Positions 1 through 9,888 of a stretch of DNA of 64,000 nt are shown piece by piece. Source of the stretch: Acidobacteriota bacterium (GTDB lineage: Bacteria; Acidobacteriota; Thermoanaerobaculia; Gp7-AA8); the NCBI GenBank assembly GCA_019244185.1, contig JAFATB010000023.1, forward strand, positions 192,001 through 256,000, written 5' to 3'. The notes under the pieces are model-generated. The model was not told the DNA's origin and ran no database searches. It saw only the letters and a program-made list of their open reading frames with translations. Positions within the stretch are counted from its first letter, which is position 1; each line of letters starts with the position of its first letter. Made by a program: the position numbers and the translations under genes.

Positions 1-1110
1 CTCACCGCCGCGCAACTCGGCACCGCCAGCGCGAACGCCACGCTCGCGCGCAGCGGCATCGACCCGCACGCGATCGACGAAGTGATCTTCGGCAACGCGC
101 GCCAGGCCGGCGTCGGCCCGAACGTCGCGCGGCAGATCGCGATCAAGAGCGGGCTGCGCCACGAGGTGCCGGCGTACACCGTGAACCAGGCCTGCGGCTC
201 GGGCCTGCGCGCGATCATGAACGCCGCCGATCAGATTCGCTTGGGGCAGGCGAGCGTCGTCCTCGCCGGCGGCACCGAATCGATGTCGAACACGCCGTAC
301 CTGTTACCGCGCGCGCGCTGGGGCTACCGCATGGGTAACGACGAGATCGTCGACGGCATGGTGCGCGACGGCTTCCTCTGTCCGCTCGCCGACGAGATGA
401 TGGGCTCGACCGCGGAGACGCTCGCGGAGCAGTACGGCATCTCGCGCGACGAACAGGACCGCTACGCCGTCGCCTCGCAACAGAAGGCCGCGCGCGCGTA
501 CGACGAACACCGCTTCGCCGATGAGATCGCGCCGGTGACGGTGGCCGGTAAAAAAGGCGACGTCGTCATCGACACGGACGAACATCCGCGCTTCGACGCC
601 ACGCTGGACAGCATGGCCAAACTGCCGCCCGTGTTCCGCAAGGGCGGCAGCGTGCACGCCGGCAATTCCTCCGGAATCACCGACGGCGCGTCGAGCATGC
701 TCGTCGCGAGCGAAGAAGCGGTGGCGCAACACAAGCTGACGCCGATGGCGCGCATCATCGGTTACGCGCAGGCGGGCGTCGATCCGAAGATCATGGGCAT
801 CGGTCCCGTGCCGGCGACCCGCAAGCTGCTCGACGACACGCGGCTCTCGCTCGACGACGTCGATCTCATCGAGCTCAACGAAGCATTCGCCGCGCAGGTC
901 ATCGCCTGCGACCGCGAGCTGCACTTCGACCCCGCGAAGCTCAACGTGCACGGCGGCGCGATCGCCCTCGGGCATCCGATCGGCTGCACCGGCGCGCGCA
1001 TCACGACGACGCTCCTGCACGCGCTGCAAACGCGCGAGCGGAAGCGCGGGCTGGCCACGCTCTGCATCAGCGGAGGCATGGGGCTGTCGCTGCTGGTGGA
1101 GCGCGTTTGA
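1..1110 (+). CDS. Acetyl-CoA C-acyltransferase (thiolase), 5' end truncated by the window edge
   Basis: Frame is open from base 1 (LTAAQLG...DEVIFGN). Thiolase motifs [20 protein letters not shown] and LCISGG are present. Confidence 0.95.
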   Translation, partial: LTAAQLGTASANATLARSGIDPHAIDEVIFGNARQAGVGPNVARQIAIKSGLRHEVPAYTVNQACGSGLRAIMNAADQIRLGQASVVLAGGTESMSNTPYLLPRARWGYRMGNDEIVDGMVRDGFLCPLADEMMGSTAETLAEQYGISRDEQDRYAVASQQKAARAYDEHRFADEIAPVTVAGKKGDVVIDTDEHPRFDATLDSMAKLPPVFRKGGSVHAGNSSGITDGASSMLVASEEAVAQHKLTPMARIIGYAQAGVDPKIMGIGPVPATRKLLDDTRLSLDDVDLIELNEAFAAQVIACDRELHFDPAKLNVHGGAIALGHPIGCTGARITTTLLHALQTRERKRGLATLCISGGMGLSLLVERV

Positions 1111-1871
1111 TGCGCTTCACCGATTCGCATTGCCATCTCACGATGTCCAACCTCGACGCGAACCTCGCCGCGGCGCGGGCGGCGGGCGTGCGCGGCTTCG
1201 TCGTGCCGGCGACGAAGCTCGACGACGCGCCGCAGGCGGTGGCGATCGGACAGCAGCACGACGACGTCTGGTCGGCGGTCGGCTTCCATCCTCATGAAGC
1301 CAAAGACTGCGACGACGACGCCTTCCGCGAGATCGCGCGCCTGGCGAAGATGCACCGCGTCGTCGCCATCGGCGAGTGCGGCCTCGACTACCACTACATG
1401 CACTCGCCGCGCGACGTGCAACGCGAGGTTTTCGAGCGGCATCTCGCGCTCGCCAAAGAGCTCGACAAACCGATCATCGTCCACAACCGCGAGTCGACCG
1501 ACGACATGCTGGAGATCCTCACGCGTGCCGGCGCGCGCGGCATTCTTCATTCGTATACGGAATCGCTCGACGTCGCGCGGCGTCTCGTCGACCTCGGCTA
1601 CTTCATCTCGTTTTCCGGCATCGTCACGTTCAAGTCCGCCGAGTCGCTGCGCGAGGCCGCGCGCGGACTGCCGCACGACCGCGTGCTCATCGAGACCGAC
1701 ACGCCGTACCTCGCGCCGGTGCCGTACCGCGGCCGCGACAATGAGCCGGCCTACGTCATCAAAGTGGCCGAACTGCTCGCCAGTCTGTGGAACGTTTCGC
1801 TCGAGGAAGTGGCCGCGCAGACCACCGCAAATTTCGAGCGGGCCTTCTCGGTTACACTCCCGGAACCGTGA
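1110..1871 (+). CDS. tatD: TatD family metal-dependent DNase/hydrolase
   Basis: Motifs [24 protein letters not shown] and [12 protein letters not shown] at 1110 overlaps the thiolase stop (TGATG). Confidence 0.93.
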   Translation: MRFTDSHCHLTMSNLDANLAAARAAGVRGFVVPATKLDDAPQAVAIGQQHDDVWSAVGFHPHEAKDCDDDAFREIARLAKMHRVVAIGECGLDYHYMHSPRDVQREVFERHLALAKELDKPIIVHNRESTDDMLEILTRAGARGILHSYTESLDVARRLVDLGYFISFSGIVTFKSAESLREAARGLPHDRVLIETDTPYLAPVPYRGRDNEPAYVIKVAELLASLWNVSLEEVAAQTTANFERAFSVTLPEP

Positions 1872-2593
1872 GCGAGGCGCCTGATCTGTCGGTCGTCTTC
1901 CCCGTCTACAACGAGGAAGAAAACGTCCCTCTGCTGCTGCGCGAGATCGCAGCGGCGCTGCAGGGGCGCGGCTGGACGTACGAGATCGTGGCCGTCGACG
2001 ACGGCTCGACCGATCGCAGCCTCGCCATTCTCCGCGAAGCGCGAAAAGACTATCCGACGCTGCGCGTCATGGCGCTGGCGAAGAACAGCGGCCAGACCGC
2101 GGCGCTCGATGCCGCGTGGCGCGCCGCGCGCGGGAAGCTCGTGGTCTCGCTCGACGCGGACCTGCAGAACGATCCCGCCGACATCCCGCGCATGATGCAG
2201 CGCCTCACCGAGAGCGGCGCGGACATGGTCATCGGCGTGCGCGTCAATCGCCGCGACACGTGGAGCCGCAAGATGCAGTCGCGCATCGGCAACGGCGTGC
2301 GCAACTGGATCACCGGCGATCGGATCACCGACACCGGCTGCTCGCTCAAGCTCGTGCGGCGCGAGGCGATCGATCGCGTGCGCCTCTTCACCGGCATGCA
2401 TCGCTTCCTGCCGACGCTCGTGCGCTACGCCGGCTACCGCGTCGTGGAGATGCCGGTCAACCATCGCGCGCGGCAGTTCGGGACGTCGAAGTACGGCGCG
2501 ATGAATCGCGCGTTTCGAGGGTTGGCGGATTGCTTCGCGGTGCGCTGGATGGGCAAGCGCATGCTCAACTACCAGGCGCGGGAAGACGCATGA
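1868..2593 (+). CDS. Glycosyltransferase family 2 (DPM1/ArnC-like polyprenol-phosphate glycosyltransferase)
   Basis: Motifs [35 protein letters not shown] and MHRFLP. GTG start at 1868 overlaps the tatD stop. Confidence 0.92.
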   Translation: MSEAPDLSVVFPVYNEEENVPLLLREIAAALQGRGWTYEIVAVDDGSTDRSLAILREARKDYPTLRVMALAKNSGQTAALDAAWRAARGKLVVSLDADLQNDPADIPRMMQRLTESGADMVIGVRVNRRDTWSRKMQSRIGNGVRNWITGDRITDTGCSLKLVRREAIDRVRLFTGMHRFLPTLVRYAGYRVVEMPVNHRARQFGTSKYGAMNRAFRGLADCFAVRWMGKRMLNYQAREDA

Positions 2594-2910
2594 ACTGGCA
2601 TTGGGACCTCTGGCTGATCTTCGGATTCGCCGGCCAGTTCCTCTTCGCGGGACGCTTCCTCGTGCAGTGGATCTCTTCCGAGCGCAAACGCGAGAGCCAC
2701 GTCCCGATCGCGTTCTGGTACTTCTCGCTCGCGGGCGGTCTGGTGATGACGGCGTACGCAATTCACCGCAGAGACCCCGTGTTCATCATCGGGCAAGGTT
2801 CGGGTCTCATCGTCTACATCCGCAACCTGATGCTCATCCATCGGCAACCCCAGCGCGAAACCCATGTTGACCCCGCAGCAACGCCGGCAGCTCCTCCGGA
2901 TCGCGCGTGA
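2590..2910 (+). CDS. Lipid-A-disaccharide synthase N-terminal domain (LAB_N) small membrane protein
   Basis: [47 protein letters not shown]...DPVFIIGQ matches the LAB_N pattern. ATG overlaps the GT2 stop. Confidence 0.88.
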   Translation: MNWHWDLWLIFGFAGQFLFAGRFLVQWISSERKRESHVPIAFWYFSLAGGLVMTAYAIHRRDPVFIIGQGSGLIVYIRNLMLIHRQPQRETHVDPAATPAAPPDRA

Positions 2911-3421
2911 CACCATCACGGCCGCTCTCGAAGGGCAGCGCTACGCCGTCGATCTCGCCTCCGTCGACGAAGATCTGCAGCGTCCCGCCGGCGCGTTCGT
3001 GACGCTCGAGAAGCACGGCGATCTGCGCGGCTGCATCGGCTCGATCGAGCCGGTCGCGCCGCTCGCGCAGGCGGTGTCGTCGAGCGCGATGAGCGCGGCG
3101 TTCCGCGACCCGCGCTTCCGTCCCGTGCGCGCGGACGAGCTGCCGCAGCTCGACATCGAGATCTCCGTCATGGGGCCGATCGAGCGCGTTAACGACGTCA
3201 ACACGATCGAGGTCGGACGCGATGGCCTCATCCTCTCGCGCGGCTCGCGCGCGGGGCTGCTCCTGCCGCAGGTGGCGACCGAATACGGGTGGGACCGCGA
3301 CACCTTCCTCCGCCAGACCTGCCTCAAGGCGGGGCTTCCGCCCGACGCGTGGCGTGCCGCCGACTGCCGGATCGAGAAGTTTTCGGCGGAAGTTTTCGGC
3401 GAGCAAGACACTGCGCTGTAA
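2864..3421 (+). CDS. amrA: AMMECR1-domain protein (AmmeMemoRadiSam system protein A)
   Basis: Motifs GAFVTL, LRGCIG, DPRF, GLLLPQVATE and CLKAGL. Confidence 0.92.
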   Translation: MLTPQQRRQLLRIARDTITAALEGQRYAVDLASVDEDLQRPAGAFVTLEKHGDLRGCIGSIEPVAPLAQAVSSSAMSAAFRDPRFRPVRADELPQLDIEISVMGPIERVNDVNTIEVGRDGLILSRGSRAGLLLPQVATEYGWDRDTFLRQTCLKAGLPPDAWRAADCRIEKFSAEVFGEQDTAL

Positions 3422-3475
3422 GCACTTAGCGGCTCTTGCGTCCTGATCCGTAATATTCCCGGAGGCCGCGGGGTT

Positions 3476-3504
3476 TTGACGTGTCCATTCGGAGAGTGTA
3501 AGGT
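3476..3504 (+). promoter_or_regulatory. Putative sigma70 promoter for the lytic transglycosylase gene
   Basis: TTGACG (3476-3481), 17-bp spacer, TAAGGT (3499-3504). GGAGG lies before ATG 3539. Confidence 0.5.
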
Positions 3505-3538
3505 TATTCGACTTACAATAACTCGGAGGAAGCGCCTG

Positions 3539-4465
3539 ATGCAGAAGCCTCGTCCCGTCGTCGACAGCCTCTCGACCCGCGTCGCCCGCGCCCGCAAAGC
3601 GGCGGAAGGGCATCGCTTCATGCGCATGGTCGGTGGCCGCGGCGCGGCCGCGCTCCTCCTCGGCACGGCACTCTCCGTCGGCGGCGTCGCCGAGACGCTC
3701 GACCACGTGCACTTCCTGGTGCAGAAAGACCTCGACGCCGTGCGCGTCGTCCGCCAGAACGGCAAGGCGGAGACCGTCGTGGCCAGCCTCGACGGCGGCT
3801 TCACCGGCAACACCGTCTTCAAGCTCGCGCAGGTGCTTCCCGAGCGCTACGTCTCGCGCGAGCGCGCGCTCTTCGACGACGCGTGGCTGCCCGCGCCGGC
3901 GTCGGAAGGCGAGCCGCACGCGTCGCCGCGGAAGCACGACCTCTTCTTCGACGAGATGCGGCGCATCAACGAGGCCATCCGCGCCGACTTTTTCGCGAGC
4001 TCGATTCCGTACGGCGAGCTCATTCACGAGAAGGCGGCAAAGTACAAGGTCGATCCCGCGCTCGTCGCGGCAGTGATCGAGCAGGAGTCGAAGTTCCGCG
4101 CCACGGCGAAGTCGCAGGTCGGCGCGCGCGGGCTCATGCAGCTCATGCCGCGCACCGGCCGCTGGATGGGCGCGCGCAACCTCTACGATCCCGAGCAGAA
4201 CATCGACGCGGGTGTGCGCTACATCAAGTACCTCAACGAGCGCTTCCACGGCGATCTGCGCCAGACCATCGCCGCGTACAACGCCGGCGAGGGCACGGTG
4301 AAGCGCTACCGCGGCGTGCCGCCGTTCGGCGAGACGCGCCAGTACGTGAAGAAGGTCCTGCACAACTACGACAAGCGCAACAAGGAGCTGGAGAAGTACA
4401 AGAACGAACAGCTCCGCGGCGGCGGCTCGGTTCCGGAGCCCGACGGCACGCTCACTCTGCGCTGA
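3539..4465 (+). CDS. Lytic transglycosylase (SLT domain) protein
   Basis: Motifs AVIEQES, GARGLMQLMP, AAYNAG and ETRQYV. N-terminal hydrophobic segment; SD upstream of ATG 3539. Confidence 0.92.
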   Translation: MQKPRPVVDSLSTRVARARKAAEGHRFMRMVGGRGAAALLLGTALSVGGVAETLDHVHFLVQKDLDAVRVVRQNGKAETVVASLDGGFTGNTVFKLAQVLPERYVSRERALFDDAWLPAPASEGEPHASPRKHDLFFDEMRRINEAIRADFFASSIPYGELIHEKAAKYKVDPALVAAVIEQESKFRATAKSQVGARGLMQLMPRTGRWMGARNLYDPEQNIDAGVRYIKYLNERFHGDLRQTIAAYNAGEGTVKRYRGVPPFGETRQYVKKVLHNYDKRNKELEKYKNEQLRGGGSVPEPDGTLTLR

Positions 4466-4495
4466 TTGACCGCTTCCCCCATCCTGCGCTAACTT
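4466..4495 (+). promoter_or_regulatory. Putative sigma70 promoter for the LysM gene
   Basis: TTGACC (4466-4471), 18-bp spacer, TAACTT (4490-4495), followed by the palindrome AGCTGAC-tcc-GTCAGCT. Confidence 0.4.
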
Positions 4496-4554
4496 GTTGA
4501 GCTGACTCCGTCAGCTACGAAGACGAGTCAGGCAAAAGGACCTGGGAGGGGACA

Positions 4555-5784
4555 ATGGTCAGTGTGCGCAGGGTGGCTCCCTTTCTCCTTCTCGCGTTCG
4601 CGGCAACCGCGTTCGCGCAGAAGCAGTCGTCAACGCCGCCGCGCGATCTTCATCGCGCCGGCGATCACTGGACGGCGTACAACCCTCCCGATCCCGCCAC
4701 GTATCCCGCCGGTGCGAAGACGCACACGATCAAGAGCGGCGACACGCTCTGGGCACTCGCGCAGACCTACTACGGCAACGCGTATCTCTGGCCGCAGCTG
4801 TGGGAGTCGAACACGTGGGTGACCGACGCGCACTGGATCTATCCCGGTGACGTTCTGCTCGTCGAGGGCGAAGGCAACGCCGCGCCGGCGACGGCGAGCG
4901 TCACGAACAGCACCACCACGATGACCGCCGAGACGTCTTCGATGCAGGCGACGGCGACCACGGCCCCCGCGACCGCGAACGCCGGCGAGGCGGACGAGGG
5001 CTTCGCGTCGGAGGAGGTCGAAGGCGGCATCCCCGTCGCCCGCATCGCGCGCGACAGCCGTCCCATTCCGCTCGCGACCGAATCCGACATCTACTGCTAC
5101 GGCTACATCGGCGATCCGAACGAGTCGCTGCCGAACTACTTCGAGTCGATCGAAGACACCGAGACCGGCTACCTTCCGCACGCGCCGGGAACCACGGATG
5201 CGGCCGCGTTCGTCGCCCAGGGAGATCTGATCTACATTCACGGCGGCTCGGCGACGGGCCTCGTCGCCGGCGAGACGTACCTCGCCGTGACGCCCGGAGA
5301 TCTCGTCTACCACCCCGTCACCGGCAAGCTCCTCGGCCGCCAGTATCAGTACGCGGGACAGGTCCGCGTGCTGTGCACGGAGCCGAATCGCTCGCGCGCG
5401 GTGATCTCGCAGTCTTGCCGGGAGATCGACATCGGCGCGCGACTCAAGCCGCTGCCGCAGTTGCCGATCCCGATCGCGCGCATCCCGGAGTCGGCCGCGT
5501 GGTGCGACGCGCCGACGGGCCGCACGGTCGGCACGATCGTGCATTCGCTCGGCTGGGACGTCGGGATGGTGCAGGGCAATCTGATTCAGATCGACCTCGG
5601 CGCCGAGGACCAGTTGCAGCCCGGCGACTTCATGACCGTCTACCGTCCGAGCCCGCGCGCCGATCAGCCGCGCGTGGTCCTGGGCGAGATCGGCATCCTC
5701 ACCACGCAGGCGCACAGCGCCACCGCGATCATCGTCCAGTCGCGGCGCGATATGCAGATCGGCGATCAGGTGGAGATGCGCTAG
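4555..5784 (+). CDS. Secreted LysM peptidoglycan-binding protein with C-terminal beta domain
   Basis: Signal peptide (AFA-Q), LysM motif HTIKSGDTLWALA...WPQLW...IYPGD, and a Thr/Ala-rich linker. Confidence 0.88.
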   Translation: MVSVRRVAPFLLLAFAATAFAQKQSSTPPRDLHRAGDHWTAYNPPDPATYPAGAKTHTIKSGDTLWALAQTYYGNAYLWPQLWESNTWVTDAHWIYPGDVLLVEGEGNAAPATASVTNSTTTMTAETSSMQATATTAPATANAGEADEGFASEEVEGGIPVARIARDSRPIPLATESDIYCYGYIGDPNESLPNYFESIEDTETGYLPHAPGTTDAAAFVAQGDLIYIHGGSATGLVAGETYLAVTPGDLVYHPVTGKLLGRQYQYAGQVRVLCTEPNRSRAVISQSCREIDIGARLKPLPQLPIPIARIPESAAWCDAPTGRTVGTIVHSLGWDVGMVQGNLIQIDLGAEDQLQPGDFMTVYRPSPRADQPRVVLGEIGILTTQAHSATAIIVQSRRDMQIGDQVEMR

Positions 5785-5796
5785 AATCGCGCGTCC

Positions 5797-5871
5797 GGGT
5801 CCATAGCTCAGCGGTTAGAGCTACCGGCTCATAACCGGCAGGTCCCAGGTTCGAATCCTGGTGGACCCACC
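5797..5871 (+). tRNA. tRNA with CAU anticodon, most likely tRNA-Ile2 (lysidine type)
   Basis: Acceptor stem GGGTCCA/TGGACCC, D arm TAGCTCAGCGGTTAGAGC, anticodon loop CTCATAA, T loop GGTTCGAATCC. It lacks initiator features (no C1:A72 mismatch, no GGG/CCC). The 3' end reads ACCT, so CCA is incomplete. Confidence 0.93.
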
Positions 5872-5943
5872 TGAACGTTTGATGCAAAGACTCCACAAGA
5901 ACATCCAGTACTGTCCCCGGCGCGGAGAGCATCCGTTGCCCAC

Positions 5944-5972
5944 AGGCGTTCCGACCATGGAACGCCTTTTTT
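5944..5972 (+). terminator. Intrinsic terminator-like hairpin downstream of the tRNA
   Basis: AGGCGTTCC-gaccat-GGAACGCCT followed by a T tract. Confidence 0.7.
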
Positions 5973-5988
5973 GTTTTCGGAGGAATCG

Positions 5989-6696
5989 TTGAGCGAAGTC
6001 GACAAACTGTGGGAACTGCAGACCGTTCTTTCCGCGCTGAACGAGCGCGAGAAACAGATGGCCGTGAAGCCGGAAGGATTCGCCGCCATCGACCGCGAGT
6101 ATCAGTCGGCCAACGACGAGATGTCGCGGCTGCAGGAACAGCTCGACGGTCTCGGGCGCGAACGCCGCCGCGTCGACGGTGAGCTCAGCGACCAGCAGGA
6201 GACGCTCCGCAAGTATCAGGGGCAGCTCATGCAGGTGAAGAACCAGCAGCAGTACGCTGCGGCGTGGAAAGAGATCGACGCCACGCGCAAGCACGTGAAG
6301 GACCTCGAGGAGTCGGTGCTGCGCAACATGACCGAGGCGGACGGGCTGCAGCAACAGCTCGACGGGCGGCGCGGCGGCCACGGCGAGCTCGAGTCGCGCT
6401 ACAACGTCGCGCACGACGAGTGGCAGCATTCGCTCGGCGATCTGAAGAAGGAAGCGGAGGAACTGCGCAAGCGCGCCGAGGCGCTCGAGGCGACGCTTCC
6501 GCCGCGGCTGCGCAACGAGTTCCAGCGCATCCTCAAACAGCGCAACGGCGTCGCCGTCGCGCGCGTCGACAACAACACCTGCTCCGCCTGCCGCACGCGC
6601 ATCCGCCCCGCGCTCGCGCAACAGCTCAAGCGCGGCGACCTCGCGTTCTGCGAAGGCTGCCACCGCATTCTCTACATGGAGAGACCGTCATCCTGA
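5989..6696 (+). CDS. Coiled-coil protein with C-terminal C4 zinc ribbon (zf-RING_7, CT398/HP0958-like)
   Basis: Long coiled coil, then CSAC...CEGCHRILY. GGAGG precedes TTG 5989. Confidence 0.88.
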   Translation: MSEVDKLWELQTVLSALNEREKQMAVKPEGFAAIDREYQSANDEMSRLQEQLDGLGRERRRVDGELSDQQETLRKYQGQLMQVKNQQQYAAAWKEIDATRKHVKDLEESVLRNMTEADGLQQQLDGRRGGHGELESRYNVAHDEWQHSLGDLKKEAEELRKRAEALEATLPPRLRNEFQRILKQRNGVAVARVDNNTCSACRTRIRPALAQQLKRGDLAFCEGCHRILYMERPSS

Positions 6697-7127
6697 AGAT
6701 CACCGCGTTCATCGACGGCGCGGCCCGCGGCAATCCCGGGCCCGCCGGCTACGGCGTCTACATGACCACCGACTCCGGCGAGATCCTCGAGATCTGCGGC
6801 TACCTCGGGCGCACGACGAACAACGTCGCCGAGTACGCCGGCCTGCTCGAGGCGCTCACCGTCGCGCGCGAGGAAGGCGCGACCGAAGTCGAGATCGTCT
6901 CCGACTCCGAGCTTCTCGTGAAGCAGATGCTCGGCGTCTACCGCGTCAAGCATCCGAACCTTCTGCCGCTGTACGAGCGCGCGAAGACGATGGCGCGCGG
7001 CTTCGGCCGCTTCCGCATCCGCCACACGCTGCGCGCGGGCAACAAGGACGCCGACCGGCTCGCGAACCGCGCGGTCGACCACGCGCGCGAAGGACGGCTC
7101 CTCGAGAGACGACGTGCCGAGAGCTGA
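6693..7127 (+). CDS. rnhA: Ribonuclease HI family protein
   Basis: Motifs IDGAARGNPGPAG, TNNVAEY, DSELLV and NKDADRLAN. No ATG/GTG precedes the domain, so the start is inferred at CTG 6693 overlapping the upstream TGA. Confidence 0.88.
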   Translation: MKITAFIDGAARGNPGPAGYGVYMTTDSGEILEICGYLGRTTNNVAEYAGLLEALTVAREEGATEVEIVSDSELLVKQMLGVYRVKHPNLLPLYERAKTMARGFGRFRIRHTLRAGNKDADRLANRAVDHAREGRLLERRRAES

Positions 7128-7785
7128 CGAGATCCGCGCGAACGTCGCGGACGTCGAGGCGCGCATCGCCGCCGCGTGCGCGCGCGCGGGCCGCAAGCGT
7201 TCGGACGTGCGGCTGGTCGCGGTGACGAAGACGTTTCCCGCGTCCGACGTCGAGCACGCGATCGCCGCGGGCATGAGCGACGTCGGCGAGAACAAAGTGC
7301 AGGAAGCGCGCGACAAGCAGCCGGAGGTGCACGGCGCCGCGCGCTGGCATCTCATCGGACACCTGCAGTCGAACAAGGCGAAGGATGCCGTGCGGCTCTT
7401 CGATGTCATCCAGACGGTCGACTCGTTCGAGCTCGCGGAGAAACTCGCGCGTCATGCCGAGGCGGCGCGGAAGACGCAGGATGTGCTGCTGCAGGTGAAC
7501 ATCGGACGCGAGACGCAGAAGAGCGGCGCGGAGATCGACGACGTGCCGGCGCTGGCGAGACGGATGGCCGGGCTGCAGTCCATCCGTCTGCGCGGGTTGA
7601 TGGCCATCCCGCCGGCCGGAGAGCCGGAAGCGATGCGAGCGTTCTTTCGGGAATTGCGCGCGATGCGCGATGATCTCGGCCTGGACGAGCTGTCGATGGG
7701 CATGACCGACGACTTCGAGGTCGCGATCGAGGAAGGGGCGACGATCGTGCGCGTGGGAAGAGCGATCTTCGGGAGCCGCGGCTAA
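7114..7785 (+). CDS. yggS: YggS family pyridoxal-phosphate homeostasis protein
   Basis: Motifs [30 protein letters not shown] and VRVGRAIFG. Confidence 0.95.
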   Translation: MPRADEIRANVADVEARIAAACARAGRKRSDVRLVAVTKTFPASDVEHAIAAGMSDVGENKVQEARDKQPEVHGAARWHLIGHLQSNKAKDAVRLFDVIQTVDSFELAEKLARHAEAARKTQDVLLQVNIGRETQKSGAEIDDVPALARRMAGLQSIRLRGLMAIPPAGEPEAMRAFFRELRAMRDDLGLDELSMGMTDDFEVAIEEGATIVRVGRAIFGSRG

Positions 7786-8117
7786 TGGACTTTCTCCGCA
7801 TCCTCTTCAGCGGCATCGCGCTCATCCTGGACATCCTCCAGTGGACGATCCTCGTCTGGGTCATCCTCTCGTGGGTGCTGTTTTTCCTGCGCAACGCGCA
7901 GTTCCGCTGGCGGCACCGGCAGCTGTACATGGTGCTCGAACAGCTCAACGACATCTTCGAGCGGATGACGCGGCCGTTCCTGCGGCCGTTCCGCCGCTGG
8001 CTGCGGCGCTTCGACACGGCGGGCATCGACTGGTCGCCGATGCTGCTCATCCTCGCCATCTGGCTCGTGCGGCAATTGCTCGCGGTGCTCGAGGCGAGGC
8101 TTATACTCTCCAGATAA
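7785..8117 (+). CDS. yggT: YggT family membrane protein
   Basis: Hydrophobic protein with ILSWV...TRPFLRPFRR...GIDWSP. Lies directly after yggS. Confidence 0.85.
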   Translation: MDFLRILFSGIALILDILQWTILVWVILSWVLFFLRNAQFRWRHRQLYMVLEQLNDIFERMTRPFLRPFRRWLRRFDTAGIDWSPMLLILAIWLVRQLLAVLEARLILSR

Positions 8118-8140
8118 CCCGGTGGGTTGGGAGGGCGTCG

Positions 8141-8644
8141 ATGCAGAACCTCACTCCGCTCGAGATCCAGAAGCAGACCTTCTCGCGAGCGCTCAAAGGC
8201 TACAACCCGGATGAGGTGCGCGCGTACCTGCATCTCGTCGCTGAGGAGATCGAGCGGCTCGTGCGCGAGAACGATCGCCTCACGCGCGACTCCGCGGTGC
8301 TCCGCGAAGATCTCGAAGATCACTCGAACCGCGAGCGCATCCTCAAGGACACGCTGCTCTCCGCGCAGAAGGTGGCCGAGGATCTCACCGTCAACGCGCG
8401 CAAGGAAGCGGAGCTCATCGTCAAGGACGCGGAGCTCCTGTCCGAGCGCCTCATCGCGCAGGCGATGCAGCGCGTGGGCGATCTCGAGAAAGCGATCCAG
8501 GATCTGAAGATCGAGCGCCGCGCCGCGCGCAACAAGCTGCAGGCGACGCTCGACACGATCCAGCAGATGGTGGTGCTCGACGCCGAGGAAGAGGCGAACG
8601 AGCAACCGCTGACGGGACTCTTCCGCCAGCGGCTGCAGTCGTAA
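8141..8644 (+). CDS. divIVA: DivIVA-domain protein
   Basis: MQNLTPLEIQKQTFSRALKGYNPDEVRAYL followed by a coiled coil. yggS-yggT-divIVA synteny. Confidence 0.9.
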   Translation: MQNLTPLEIQKQTFSRALKGYNPDEVRAYLHLVAEEIERLVRENDRLTRDSAVLREDLEDHSNRERILKDTLLSAQKVAEDLTVNARKEAELIVKDAELLSERLIAQAMQRVGDLEKAIQDLKIERRAARNKLQATLDTIQQMVVLDAEEEANEQPLTGLFRQRLQS

Positions 8645-9888
8645 TGGCGCTGCTGGTTCGCAATCTCGCGCAGATCGCGACGCCGTCGGGCCGCACCGCC
8701 GTGCGCGGGCGCGCAATGCGCGAGCTGACGCTGTACGAGAACGCGGTGCTCGTCGTCGACGGCGGGCGTTTCGCGTTCGTCGGACGCGAGAGCGATCTGC
8801 CGAACGATGTCACGATCGACGACGACTTCGACGCGCGCGGCATGACCGCGGTGCCCGGCTTCATCGACACGCACACGCATCTGCCGTTCGCGGGACTGCG
8901 CGAGTCGGAGTTTAACCGGCGGCTGCGCGGCGAGTCGTACGAGTCGATCGCGGCGTCGGGCGGCGGCATCGCGTCGACGGTGCGCGCGACGCGCGCGGCG
9001 ACGCAGGAGGAGCTCGCGCAGAACGTGCTCGCGCGCGCGGCGACGATGGCGCGCTACGGCACGACCACCGCGGAAGCGAAGAGCGGCTACGGCCTCACGC
9101 GCGACGACGAGCTCAAACAGCTGCGCGCGATCCGCGACGCGAACGCGACGTCGCCGGTGCGCCTCGTGCCGACGTGCCTCGCCGCTCACGAGTTTCCGCC
9201 GGAGAGTCGGGGCGATGAATCCGCGCGCGATGCATATGTCGATGCGATCGTCGACGAGATTCTCCCCGCCGTCGCGCGCGAAGAGCTGGCCGTGTTCTGC
9301 GATGCGTTCGTCGAGCGCGGCGTCTTCACGCGCGCGCAAGGCGAGCGCGTGCTGCGCGCGGGCCGCGAGCTCGGCATGAGCCCGCGCCTGCACGCGGACG
9401 AGCTCTCCGACACCGACGGCGCGCGTCTCGCCGCGGACCTCGGCGCCGCGTCGGCCGATCATCTGATGCAGATCTCCGATGCCGGTGTCGCCGCGCTCGC
9501 CGCGTCCGACACCGTCGCGAACCTGCTGCCGGCGACGAGCTTCTTTCTGATGTCGACGAAGTACGCGCCCGGCCGTGCGCTCATCGACGCGGGCGGCATC
9601 GTGTCGCTGTCCACCGACTGCAATCCCGGCACGTCGATGACCGAGTCGATGCAGATCGTGATGCAGCTCGCCACGCTGCAGATGAAGCTGACCGTCGAGG
9701 AGTCGCTCACCGCCGCGACGCTCAACGGCGCGTACTCGCTGCGCCTCGCGCACGAGACGGGCTCGATCGAAGCGGGCAAGCGCGCCGACTTCGTGCTGCT
9801 CGACGCGCCGTCGTACCTCCACCTCGTCTACCACTTCGGCGTGAACCTCGTGCGGCACGTCTTCCGCGACGGCGTTCAGCTGCCGTAG
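8644..9888 (+). CDS. hutI: Imidazolonepropionase
   Basis: Motifs PGFIDTHTH, GGGIASTVRATR, EAKSGYGL, LHADEL, SADHL and STDCNPG. Confidence 0.93.
   Translation: MALLVRNLAQIATPSGRTAVRGRAMRELTLYENAVLVVDGGRFAFVGRESDLPNDVTIDDDFDARGMTAVPGFIDTHTHLPFAGLRESEFNRRLRGESYESIAASGGGIASTVRATRAATQEELAQNVLARAATMARYGTTTAEAKSGYGLTRDDELKQLRAIRDANATSPVRLVPTCLAAHEFPPESRGDESARDAYVDAIVDEILPAVAREELAVFCDAFVERGVFTRAQGERVLRAGRELGMSPRLHADELSDTDGARLAADLGAASADHLMQISDAGVAALAASDTVANLLPATSFFLMSTKYAPGRALIDAGGIVSLSTDCNPGTSMTESMQIVMQLATLQMKLTVEESLTAATLNGAYSLRLAHETGSIEAGKRADFVLLDAPSYLHLVYHFGVNLVRHVFRDGVQLP

Noticed and set aside
5797-5871. tRNA as a prophage or island integration site
   Set aside because: No integrase and no duplicated tRNA 3' end seen in the window; the flanking genes are housekeeping.
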